64,000 bases of DNA. Origin: Felis catus (lineage: Eukaryota). The DNA is taken from assembly GCF_018350175.1 (NCBI RefSeq), contig NC_058374.1, forward strand, positions 132,246,001 through 132,310,000. The letters run 5' to 3'. Shown in pieces: positions 11,874 through 22,236 of this stretch. Under the pieces are notes generated by a model that did not search any database, was not told where the DNA came from, and was given only the letters and a program-made list of their open reading frames with translations. Both the position numbers and the translations under genes were made by a program. Within the stretch, counting starts at the first letter, position 1, and each line of letters begins with the position of its first letter.

Positions 11874-12789
11874 GATCCAGTTTCTCGTAAACTGACAAAC
11901 AGTACGTTTCCACTTAAGAATCTCTCATTTCCCACTCCGATCTTGTTCTCTGTTCAGCCAGCCTCCTGGAAATCACAAATACCATAGAACCACCTTAGAA
12001 AGCACAACCACGCTCGTCTGGTAAGCAGGGCTGATGGCAAGGTGCACGCTGCCTGCAACACGGGGGATAAAGGCCTCCATCTGACACGCCCTTCTTGACT
12101 GAGGATTTCAGACACATCAACTTTTTCTGGCCTGTCGATGTTCCCCCTGTTTGCCAAGAAAGCTGTTCTAGTTTTTACAGTAAGGAGACTAGAGTGTTGG
12201 AAAGGCCAGGGCTCCAGAGCACCCAGCAAATCAGTTTCCAAATTAGAAAGGAAATCAAATTCCTGTCTCTCTGAGGCTCATTTGCAAAGTCAGAGATTTG
12301 GATTAGATTCCTAAGACCCTTTTTCGGCTCTCAGCTGCTCTGATTCTATGATACTGGGTCTATCTCCTCAGCATGAAGCTGGTGATCTACCTGAGGCTTT
12401 CTGCCCCCTCCCAGAATGCTGGCCCCATCACTACTCTTCCTCCTGCCTTCAGAACACTCCGGCTGGACTGCCCTCCTGGATCCTTGCTTATTAACCAGGA
12501 GTTCATTCTACTATTTGTGGATCTTCCATATCCTGAGCCTGGTGGCATAGGCCTGTTTCTAAGGAAGTAAAGACTCAGATCGGCCCTCAAGAAGCTCATA
12601 CATAATGGAAGGAGAGAGGAAAGGTGGTTTAGTGGGAAAATTAACCAAGGCCCCTCTCATCACATCCTCTCTCCCTCTTCTTCAGTTGATGCCTTCTGCT
12701 CTGCCCTTTTCTACGCAACCACTCAACCTATATGCCCGCCCCTCTGAAATTGCTCCTCGTCCCTGCTGTGCTATGCTGCTGGCCTCTAT

Positions 12790-14010
12790 GCCTTTACACA
12801 CGCAATTCCATCTAGTCAATGCACATCCCAGGTGACACATCTTTTAGAAAACCTTCCTGAATTACTCTAGGCCATTAGTGACCACCCCTCCTCTGGAAAG
12901 TTCAGGATTCTGCTTTCATCTCTCCATTACAGCACTTACAATTCTGAACGGGAATTATTTGCTTCCACACCTTTTTCCATCAGGCAAGTTGCTCCCTAGG
13001 GGTTCGGCACACTCAATATCTGATTCCATTTTAGACTCATTCACCACGCTTCTTTCTAGTCCAGAGAAGCTATCCATTAGGGCCTGGGGCTGTCCCAAGT
13101 CAGCTGGATTGCAGGAAAGGCTGTCCCAGGCCCACGTCAATACTATCTCCTCTTTCGGCTCCCAGCCATAAGCCATGTAGGCAAGGGGGAGAGGGGTAAG
13201 GTGGAAGCAGGTGCACTGCAGGGCTCCTTGTTTTCCTCCTACTCACTCCCCAGCATGACTGGAAAACTATAGCATGTTCTCTGAAAAGCAGGCTTTTAGG
13301 GCAACCCTATCAAGAAGGCTCTTGCTTTAACTTAACATTCTTACTCGTGCCTAATGGAAGAACTATTACTATGCTCCTTAAAAGGAATGTTTAAGAGACG
13401 CATGCCGTTCTCTTCTGAATTTTCCATCATGCCCTTTTAGGTGTTCTCTGAGATATGACAAGTCTTTACCTTCACTACTTGGGGAGGAAAAACGGCTAGG
13501 GGAGACAATGAACTTCATGGAATGAACAACACCGCACGGTGTTGGGGGCAGGAGAATAGCAAACGTTCTGCTCTCATGTAGCAAGTATCCTAGCAGCCGA
13601 AGTGCGAATGCCCTCTGTTTAAAGTTAACACGTTAAACAATTTTAAGCATGTTAAATACGTTAAAACAATGCTGACTTTGGAATCAGGATTCAGTTTTGC
13701 CTTCAGCAATGACGGACTACTTACTGAGTGCCCGACACAAGCCAGCGGTGTGTTCTTCCTGGAGACAGGGTGGTGAGCGAAACCAGACTTGCTCCCTGCT
13801 CTAAGGGACTTCTGTCTGCCAGGGGAGACATGCGGTAATCAAACAATTATATAAATAAATTGTGAATGATAACTGTGACCATACGCAGGAACATACGCAG
13901 TGCTGTGAGATGAGCTGAGATTACGTAAGGATGTAGGCAAGCTTGGAGGAAGAGCAGGAGTTAACTAGATAAAGGGGATGGGGAAATACCATCCAAGCAG
14001 AGGGGAGCAA
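12790..14010. mobile_element. Degenerate L2 fragments (approx. 12790-12990 and 13730-14010)
   Basis: L2-like motifs such as acttactgagtgcc...ggagacaggg...ccctgctctaagggacttc. Boundaries approximate. Confidence 0.5.
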
Positions 14011-14044
14011 GTGTAGAAAGGCAGGAAAAGGCGAGACCTGTGCA

Positions 14045-14552
14045 TCGCAGTAGCCACTAGCCACATGTGACAACTGAGCCCTTGCAATCTGGTTAGTGTG
14101 ACTGAAGAAATGAAATTTCAATTTTAGTTAATTTAATTTTTTTTAATGTTTATTTCTGAGACAGAGAGACAGAGCATGAGTGGGGGAGGGGCAGAGAGAG
14201 AGGGAAACACAGAATCCAAAGCAGGCTCCAGGCTCTGAGCTGTCAGCACAGAGTCCGACGCGGGGCTCGAACTCACAGACCGTGAGATTATGACCTGAGC
14301 TGAAGTCGGGACGCTCAACCGACTGAGCCACCCAGGTGCCCCCGATTTTAGTTAATTTAAACTTAAAAGCTGAAGCAGTATCAATGTAAAAGCACTGATC
14401 ATATGTTGAAATGATAATATTTGGGACATACGAGTTAAATAAAATGTTCGAATCCATATAACCTGGTTTTTAAAAAATCTTTAAAATATGGCTACTAGAA
14501 AATTCTCAATTACATACGTGGCCCACATCATGTTTCCATTGGGTATTGCGGG
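14045..14552. mobile_element. MER3/MER33-type hAT-Charlie DNA transposon remnants, interrupted by a SINE
   Basis: gtagccactagccacatgtg...gtgtgactgaagaaatgaaatttc and atatgttgaaatgataatatt...tggctactagaaaatt resemble recalled MER3/MER33 consensus. Confidence 0.7.
14137..14344 (-). mobile_element. CAN-SINE inserted in MER3-like element
   Basis: TSD attttagttaatttaa at 14121-14136 and 14345-14360. Confidence 0.93.
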
Positions 14553-14943
14553 ATTAGACTGTGCAGGTCTTGGTTCTAGGACATGGAACTCTCCCCTTTT
14601 TAATACACTGAGGTGTAGTTGGAAGAAAATTGCACTTGGAGCCAGAGACCCATGGGTTCTGCCCCTCATTGGATGGATGGACTGGGTGCACTCGCTAGGC
14701 ACCCAATAAACATCCCTTGAATGGTTCTGAGTTCTTTATTTTTCAAATGGAACCAATAGTTCACTGTTAGGACTTCAGGGGATCTGGAGTTGATTCTCGA
14801 GTAGTTCTCTGCCCTTGCTCACTGTGCCACCTTGAAGCGGTCCCTGGCCTCAGTTTCCCCTGCTTGTAAAAGCTGATGAGAGTCAGGAAACTGCAGTCTG
14901 CGGAAGTGGGCAGGGCGGATCATCGTCCTTCTGTGCGTCTTAC

Positions 14944-15100
14944 CTGAAGACATAGGCGAAATCCGACGAACTTGGGGCCGGTTCCGCCACGGGTCCCTCA
15001 GGGGACCCCGCAAAGTTCTGGATGGGACACCCGACATCCACCAGGAAGGGGTGCCCTTTGCTTTGTGCTCGGGGAGGAAGAGGAGGAGGAGGGGCGTCGG
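14944..15100 (-). other. FAM227A: Putative FAM227A non-coding first exon (5' end unknown)
   Basis: Strong minus-strand donor CAG|GTAAGA at 14943. Start coordinate is a guess. Confidence 0.4.
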
Positions 15101-15133
15101 GGAGAGGCCCATTTTGCTACTGTGAGTCCTGGC

Positions 15134-15147
15134 GTTCCCCAGGCAAC
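15134..15147. promoter_or_regulatory. RFX X-box GTTCCCCAGGCAAC
   Basis: Fits GTYNCC-N2-RGYAAC; lies in the promoter of cilia-associated genes. Confidence 0.65.
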
Positions 15148-15699
15148 GCCAGGCGCAGTCACCACTGCCACCCTTCCCACAACAATGGAACCTTAGTGAG
15201 CCACCGCTGCGTCCGCGAGACGCCGTTACCACAGTGATGGTCCCGGGCGGTAGGGGAGACCAGACCAATGGGCTTGTGGGGAGGGAGAGTGTAGTTCCTC
15301 GTCCCAGCCTATCGCACGGGGAATAAAAATGACTCCAGGAGACATTCCCCCCCGTGGATTGTCTTCAATGTATCGAGGGCAGTCCTCAAGTGTTTCTGAT
15401 GCTTCGCGGAGGCTCCCGTTGGACACCGCGCCGCGCCGGGCACCCCCCTATCTCTCGGTGGTAGAGGCCGGGGCGGGGCTGCGCGTGCGCGCGCGGGTGG
15501 GGGGCGGAGCATCGCGGGAGCCGTGGTCGCGGTGGGTGACGCGAGCCTCTGCAGGCGGTTTCCGGCAGGTATCTGGCTGCGTTTTGTCCCTGGCTCCTGG
15601 GGCGCGACTGTTCTGAGCCTGGCGTCGCTCCAGGGCCCGAGGAGGGATGGGACGCCCGGGCGTGCTCCAGGGGACCCGGGGCTTCCCCGCCGCTGGAGC

Positions 15700-15779
15700 G
15701 GCCCGAGGGCGCGGCACAGGGGGCGGAGGCTGGGTTCATCCCAGGCCGGTCTCCGCACTTCTCGGAGCGGGTTTCCTCG
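15700..15779 (+). other. CBY1: Putative CBY1 non-coding first exon (5' end uncertain)
   Basis: Donor TCG|GTGAGA at 15780. An alternative donor CAG|GTATCT lies at 15569. Confidence 0.4.
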
Positions 15780-17099
15780 GTGAGAAACCGGGGTGGTAGT
15801 TCCTCCCCGTCAACCGGCTGGCTGTGAAGAGGGTTAGATGAAGGCGTGCGTGTGAACGTTTGTTCTCTACGGTTAGTTGAGTCCAGCAGCCCCGGGTGGC
15901 AGAGTATCTGCGCGGCGCGGCTCTGAAATCTTTGAGGGACGCATATCTCTTCGAGAATCCAATGAAAGTCAAAAACTGCCCCCTCACCTTCTTGTTAGGT
16001 AAAAATAGGATAGTGTATGTTGTGGTCCATTGCAAACTGTAAAGCATTGCACAGTGATGAAGTGATTATTGTCATCAGCGCAGAGGAGTGGACCTTATTT
16101 GAAACCCAATTCCACCGCCTTCCCACCGCGTGATTGGGAGCGAGTTACTTTACTTCTCTAAGCCTCCGTTTTCTGATCTGTAGACTGGGACATACTTCAC
16201 TTCATCTATTTCTCAGGGTTGTTGTGAGCATCAAATGCTCACAGCTTTTTATAAACACCAACACACTATAACAACCTGTAAGTGGGTAACTGTTGTTATC
16301 TCTGGTTACAAATAAAGAAGCCGGGGGGGGGGGGCAGAGAAGATAAGTTCTGGGGTCCCACTGGGGCTGAGTGGCAGAGCCATGACTGGAACCCAGATGC
16401 TCTTCCTTCACTTCCTTAGAGCTGAGCCCTCTGTCCCCAGGGAGTTTCATTAGAGAGACAGCTGCCTTGGGCCACGGGGGTCAGCTGGAACTTCTGGGTC
16501 CACACTAATGTTCCAGGATCCTAGGGACTCAGCCAAAGTTGTTCGTGGATTATTGGTACTGACTTAAAAGGCAGCTCCACCAGACCCTTCCTTTTCCTCA
16601 TCTGTAATATATTGATGATCGTTCTCTGCTTAAGGGTTATGAGAATGGATGAGGTTGTGAGTGAATTGCTCCTGGTAAAACCCGGAGAAATAAAGTAACT
16701 TGGCTAGGGTTTAGCAGGCAATTGAGGGGCAGAGCCAGACCTGGAACTCCAAGTTGCGTCCAAGTGATACACTCAGGCATGACTGGAGGCTTTGCAAAAA
16801 CAACTTGGCTAAGTATTTTTCCTTCTTCAGATGTCTCCAGATGCTTGGAAGGGCAGGTGCTGCCTTTTAGCTGTTTTTTGTTCTTTTGTTTTTTTTTTTT
16901 TTTCCATAATTAACACATGAATATATTACCATTGTAGTAATTTATTAAATCCAGAAATATATTCCTTTAATCTAATTTGATATTATAACATGGAATTGCC
17001 ACCATTTGACCGTTTTTTACCTATAAAATGACAATGTCACTTAAGCCAGCCATCCCATTCCCCTTCCCACATTAAGCATATTGAGCAGTTTGGTGTATC

Positions 17100-17633
17100 T
17101 TTCCAGATTTTATTTTGTTTTGTTTTATTTAATTTATTTAAGAGAGAGAGAGAAAGTGCATAAGCAGGGAGAGAGAGGGGGAGAGACACAGAAAGAGAGA
17201 GACTCTTAAGCAGGCTCCACACCCAGCACACAGCCAGACATGGGGCTCAATCCCATGACCCTGACATCATGACCTGAGCTGAAATCAAGAGTTGGATCCT
17301 TAACCAAGTGAGCCACCCAGATGCCCCGATTTTCTTCTATTTTTTAATGTGCACACCGACATTCTTGCCTTTTTTTTAAATTTCTGTCTTCTCTTATACC
17401 ATTATAGTATACACATTGGTTCTATAGCTTGCTTTTCTTTTTTTTTAATGTTTATTTTTGAGAGAGAGACAGAGTGCAAGCAGGGGAGGGACGGAGGGGG
17501 GTGGATAGAGGATGCGAAGTGGGCTCCCTGCTGACAGCAGAGAGTCTGAGGTGGGGCTCGAACCCACAAACCATGAGACCATGACCTGAGCCACAAGTCA
17601 GATGCTCAACCTACTGAGCCACCCAGGTGCCCC
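17100..17633 (-). mobile_element. Two CAN-SINEs (~17100-17327; ~17435-17633) in L1ME-like remnant
   Basis: Reverse-oriented SINE heads and bodies. Confidence 0.88.
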
Positions 17634-17820
17634 TGCAGCTGGCTTTCTTAATGTTAGAGTATGTTGGGTTCTTTCCAGGTCACTTCATATACAGCTGCCT
17701 CGTTGTTTTTACTTGCCCTGTAGCATTCCATTGTAAGAACACAACAGTGTATTTGGCTACACCAACCATTGGTAGACATTTTGGATTGTTTCTTTTTTTT
17801 CACCGTTACCAACAGTAGGG

Positions 17821-18224
17821 AATTTTTTTTTTAATTTTTTTTTCAACGTTTATTTATTTTTGGGACAGAGAGAGACAGAGCATGAACGGGAGAGGGGCAG
17901 AGAGAGAGGGAGACACAGAATTGGAAACAGGCTCCAGGCTCTGAGCCATCAGCCCAGAGCCCGACGCGGGGCTCGAACTCACGGACTGCGAGATCGTGAC
18001 CTGGCTGAAGTCGGACGCTTAACCGACTGCGCCACCCAGGCGCCCCAAGGGAATTTTTTTTTTTAAGTTTTTAAATTTATTTGGAGAGAGAGAGTGTGTG
18101 GGAGAGGGGCAGAGAGGGAGAGAGAATTCCAAACAGGCTCTGGGCTGCCAGAGAACCATGAAACCATGACCTGAGCTGAAATCAAGAGTCAGATGCTTAA
18201 CTGACTGAGCCACACAGGCGCCCC
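17821..18224 (-). mobile_element. Young SINEC_Fc (17821-18046) nested in the tail of an older SINE (body ~18052-18224)
   Basis: Inner TSD agggaattttttttt. Outer TSD aacagt(a/g)ggga. Confidence 0.88.
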
Positions 18225-18332
18225 AACAGTGGGGAACATTTATCTGTACCTGTCCAATTCTTTGTGGAGGACAAACTTTTAGAAGTAAATTTGCTGGCCA
18301 AAAAGTATACACATTCAAAATTTTGCTAGGTT

Positions 18333-18368
18333 GAAGCGCCTGGGTGGCTCAGTGGGTTAAGCACCCGA

Positions 18369-18404
<36 letters not shown>

Positions 18405-18809
18405 TTTTTTTTTCAACGTTTATTTATTTTTGGGACAGAGAGAGACAGAGCATGAACGGGCGAGGGGCAGAGAGAGGGAGACACAGAATCGGAAACAGGC
18501 TCCAGGCTCTGAGCCATCAGCCCAGAGCCCGACGCGGGGCTCGAACTCACGGACTGCGAGATCGTGACCTGGCTGAAGTCGGACGCTTAACCGACTGCGC
18601 CACCCAGGCGCCCCATGCACCCGACTCTTGATTTCGGCCCAGGTCATGAGCTCACAGTTGTGAGACTGAATCCCATGTTGGGCTCTGTGCTGAGCATGGG
18701 GCCTGCTTGAGATTCTCTCTTCCTCTCTCTGTCCCTACCTTGCTTGTGCATGCGTTCTTTCTCTGTCTCTCTCAAAGAATAAATAAGTGAACTCTAAAAA
18801 AAAGAAATA
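18333..18809 (+). mobile_element. CAN-SINE split by an opposite-strand young SINEC_Fc (~18373-18614)
   Basis: Inner TSD gcacccgactctt (18361 / 18617). Outer TSD aaaattttgctaggtt (18317) / aaaatttcctaggtt (18810). Confidence 0.92.
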
Positions 18810-18882
18810 AAAATTTCCTAGGTTTTTGCCTAACTGAAAAAATTGTAGCATCTTATGTCTCCACCTAGAGAAAATGAAAAGT

Positions 18883-18990
18883 GTGGGTGCCTGTGTGGCT
18901 CAGTGGGTTGAGTGTCTGACTCTTGATTTGGGTTCAGGTCATGATCCCAGAGTTGCGGGATGGAGCCCTGCATCGGGCTCCACGGTGGCG
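18883..18990 (+). mobile_element. Partial CAN-SINE (5' half) just upstream of CBY1 coding exon 1
   Basis: Head through gagccctgcatcgggctcc; no tail. Confidence 0.8.
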
Positions 18991-19074
18991 TAAGGTCGAC
19001 TCATCTGTTTGTACCCGTGACTTTTCCTGACCCTAGGAGAAGGGAGCATTGGCCTTTCCTTCATCCGGCCAAAG

Positions 19075-19152
19075 ATGCCTCTCTTTGGAAATACGTTCAG
19101 TCCCAAGAAGACGCCCCCTCGGAAATCTGCTTCTCTCTCCAATCTGCATAAT
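19075..19152 (+). CDS. CBY1: CBY1 coding exon 1 (78 nt; MPLFGNTFSPKKTPPRKSASLSNLHN); exon starts at 19037
   Basis: Acceptor ccctAG (19036), ATG 19075, donor GTGAGT 19153. Includes the Ser20 14-3-3 motif RKSASLS. Confidence 0.96.
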
Positions 19153-19307
19153 GTGAGTATCATTACTGGGCCCATCCCGGTGTGCAGTGTGGCTGAAACA
19201 TCAAGCCTGGTCCCTGATGGAAAGCGTCGTCCTCCAGAGGCACCCTTGTAAGGAAAACATCCTTCTAATTCATATTATTGCTATTGCTAAAAACCTTTTT
19301 AACTCTT

Positions 19308-20345
19308 GGGGCTCCTGGCTGGCTCAGTCGGAAGAGCATGTGACTCTTGATCTCAGGGTTGTGAGTTTGAGCCCCATGTTGGATGTAGAGATTACTTAAA
19401 TAAATAAACTTTTTTTTTTTTGGTTGTTTTTTAATTTTAGAAAGAGAGAATGCAAGCAGGGGAGAGGGGCAGAGGGAGAGAGGAGAGAGAATCCCAAGCA
19501 GACTCCATGCTCTGTGGAGCCCAATGGGGGGCTCAGTCCCACAGCCCTGGGATCATGACCCCAGCCAAAATCAAGAGTCAAATGTTCAACCAACTGAGCC
19601 ACCCAGGCATCCCAAATACATAAAGTTAAAAAAATTTTTTTAATGTTTGTTTATTTTTATTTTATTTTTAATTTTTTAAATCTTTAATATTTTCTTCTTT
19701 TTTTTTTAATGTTTATTTTTGAGACAGGGAGAGACAGAGCATGAAAGGGGGAGGGCCAGAGAGAGGGAAACACAGAATCTGAAGCAGGCTCCAGACTCCG
19801 AGCTGTCAGCACGGAGCCCGACGCAGGGCTCGAACTCACGGACTGTGAGATCATGACCTGAGCTGAAGTCAGATGTTTAACCTACTGAGCCACCCAGGCA
19901 CCCCTAATGTTTGTTTATTTTTCAGAGAGAGAGCACAAGCAGAGGAGGGGCAGAGAGCGAAGGGGGCACAGAATCCGAAGCAGGCTCCAGGCTCTGAGCT
20001 GTCAGCACAGCGGGACTCGAACTCACGAACCGTGAGATCATGACCTGAGCCGAAGTTGGACACTTAACTGACTGAGCCACCCAAGTGTCCCCAAATAAAT
20101 AAACTTTAAAACAAAACCAAAAATGGGGTGCCTGGGTGGCTCAGTCTTAGGTTAAGCGTCCAACTTCCACTCAGGTCATGATCTTGTGGTTTGTGAGTTC
20201 GAGTCCTGCATCGGGCTCTGTGCTGACAGCTCGGAGCCTGGAGCCTGCTTCAGATTTAGTGTCTTCCTCTCTCTCTGCCCCTCCTGCCCTTGTGCTCTGT
20301 TTCTCTCAAAAATAAATAAACATTAAAAAGAATTAAAAAACAAGA
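19308..20345. mobile_element. Five-SINE cluster: tSINE-like (+, 19308-19412), CAN-SINE (-, 19413-19613), CAN-SINE (-, 19628-20092) containing a nested copy (-, 19659-19904), CAN-SINE (+, 20125-20345)
   Basis: Five heads. Inner TSD taatgtttgtttattttt (19641-19658 / 19905-19922). Confidence 0.9.
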
Positions 20346-20987
20346 AGAAAAACCAAGAACAAGAACATTTTTAAGTCCTGTTTGGAAATCGTTGTCAGAG
20401 CGTGTTCAAGAACCTAGTAAGACAGTCAATCTCATCGTGATTCGGGCTCCAAATGACACTAGCCAGCTCGCCTTCAGTTTATTCCCAGGACTTAGCCAAG
20501 AATCCATTTTAGTTGTGTCTAAGAATCATACTCATTCTCAAAGGATGATGTTCTGCAACCGTTAGTGTCATTCAAGGCTGTGTGGAAGCTCTCGACAGCA
20601 GCTCCTCAAGGGCAGGGCTGGTCACATTCACCTTGGAATCCCTCGGCCTAGTCCTGGCGTGGCGTGGCTGCTGAGTGAGTCGTAGAAACTTTGAAAACCA
20701 TGTTACAGACCAGCTATGACTGACTACTGATTGAGTGTTAGCATTTCATGCCTTATTTGTGACCTGTAGCGCCCCATGGTGAGCAAGCGATCACCTCGGG
20801 GCTTATTAACCTTTAAAAAGGATTTTCTACTTTATTAAAAATGTATGGTAGGATTTCTTAAAACCGTTAAGTGCCAAGTAGACGTCAAATAATTCAAATT
20901 TCGATATATGTAGTTTTTCTGGAAAACCTGTATCTTACAATAAGTTGGGACGTTTCTTCCCTCTTAGAGTTCAAAAGGTTTCGTTGT

Positions 20988-21375
20988 GGGGTGCCTGGAT
21001 GGCTCGGTCGGTCAAGCGGCCAGCTTCAGCTTAGGTCATGATCTCAACGGGTTTGTGAGTTTGAGCCCCGCGTCGGGCTCTGTGCTGTCAGTGAGGAGCC
21101 TGCTTCGTATTTCCGTGCCCTCTCTCTCTCTGTCTCTCTCTCTGTCTCTCTCAAAAACAATAAGTAAACATTAAAAAAAAGTAGGGGCTCCTAGGGGGCT
21201 CAGTCAAGTGAGCGTCCGACTTTAGTTCAGGTCATGATCTCATGGTTCGTGATTTCGAGCCCCACATCGGACTCGCCGCTGTCAGCCTGTCAGCGCAGAG
21301 CCCACTTTGAATCCTCTGTCCCCCTCTCTCTGTCCCTTCCCCGCTTACATTTTCTTCTCTCAAAAAAAAAAAAAA
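20988..21375 (+). mobile_element. Two tandem CAN-SINEs (20988-~21180; 21184-~21375)
   Basis: Two heads with (CT)n and A tails. Confidence 0.9.
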
Positions 21376-21587
21376 TTTTTTTTAATTTATTAAAATAAAT
21401 AAAAGTTTTTGTTGTTTTGTGCCTTATCGGATTTTCTGACTTTTAACAAAAAGTTACAAAGTGTGCGAGGTAAGGATTAGAAAAAGGAAGTTAGCTGCTG
21501 GGATACAAATACAGTTAGCAGGAGAGTCACTGGGACTGGGGTCCCCCGTGTGCTTCCTGAAGCCTCCATGCAGTGTCTCGTCCACAG

Positions 21588-21693
21588 CTGGACCGGTCAA
21601 CCCGGGAGGTGGAGCTGGGCCTTGACTATGGAACCCCCACTATGAACCTGGCAGGGCAAAGCCTGAAGTTTGAAAATGGCCAGTGGATAGCAG
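21588..21693 (+). CDS. CBY1: CBY1 coding exon 2 (106 nt; LDRSTREVELGLDYGTPTMNLAGQSLKFENGQWIA)
   Basis: tccacAG acceptor, GTGGGC donor, phase 0 to 1. Confidence 0.96.
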
Positions 21694-21779
21694 GTGGGCT
21701 GATTTCCTGCCGTTCCGTCCGGCAAGATTGTGGAAAGGAAGCCCCCACATAACTAACTGCTCGTTCTGTCCTTCCCCAG

Positions 21780-21898
21780 AGATGGGGATTAGCGGAGGTG
21801 TGGACCGGAGGGAGGCTCAGCGCCTACGCAGGCGGAACCAGCAGTTGGAGGAAGAGAACAACCTCTTGCGGCTGAAGGTGGACATCCTGCTGGACATG
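21780..21898 (+). CDS. CBY1: CBY1 coding exon 3 (119 nt; coiled coil EAQRLRRRNQQLEEENNLLRLKVDILLDM)
   Basis: ttccccAG acceptor, GTGAGG donor. The preceding intron is only 86 nt. Confidence 0.96.
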
Positions 21899-22029
21899 GT
21901 GAGGAGGGTGATGGGGAGGGGCGCCTAGGCTTTCCTTTTGGGGAGGCTCCACGGAGAGTCATTCCATCCAGCTGATTCCTTTGGAATGCCAGTTTGTACC
22001 AGGTAAGTTGCTTCGAATCCAAAGATACA

Positions 22030-22236
22030 AAATTTTTTTTTTTCACATTTATTTATTTTTGAGACAGAGCATAAACCGGGGAGGGTCCGAGAGAGAGGGA
22101 GACACAGAATCCGAAACAGGCTCCAGGCTCTGAGCTGTCAGCACAGAGCCCGACGCGGGGCTCGAACTCACGGACCGCGAGATCCTGACCTGAGCCGAAG
22201 TCGGCCGCTTAACCGACTGAGCCACCCAGGCGCCCC
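22030..22236 (-). mobile_element. CAN-SINE
   Basis: TSD gaatccaaagata at 22015-22027 and 22238-22250. Confidence 0.93.

Larger units (their letters stand above)
14900..15920. promoter_or_regulatory. CpG island; bidirectional FAM227A/CBY1 promoter
   Basis: High CpG density, GC boxes (ggggcgggg ~15472), CCAAT ~15266, ETS-like ttccgg ~15560. Divergent genes on either side. Confidence 0.85.

Noticed and set aside
15309-15783. Overlapping 86-149 aa ORFs on both strands
   Set aside because: Stop-codon-poor CpG island sequence with low-complexity Pro/Arg/Ala content.
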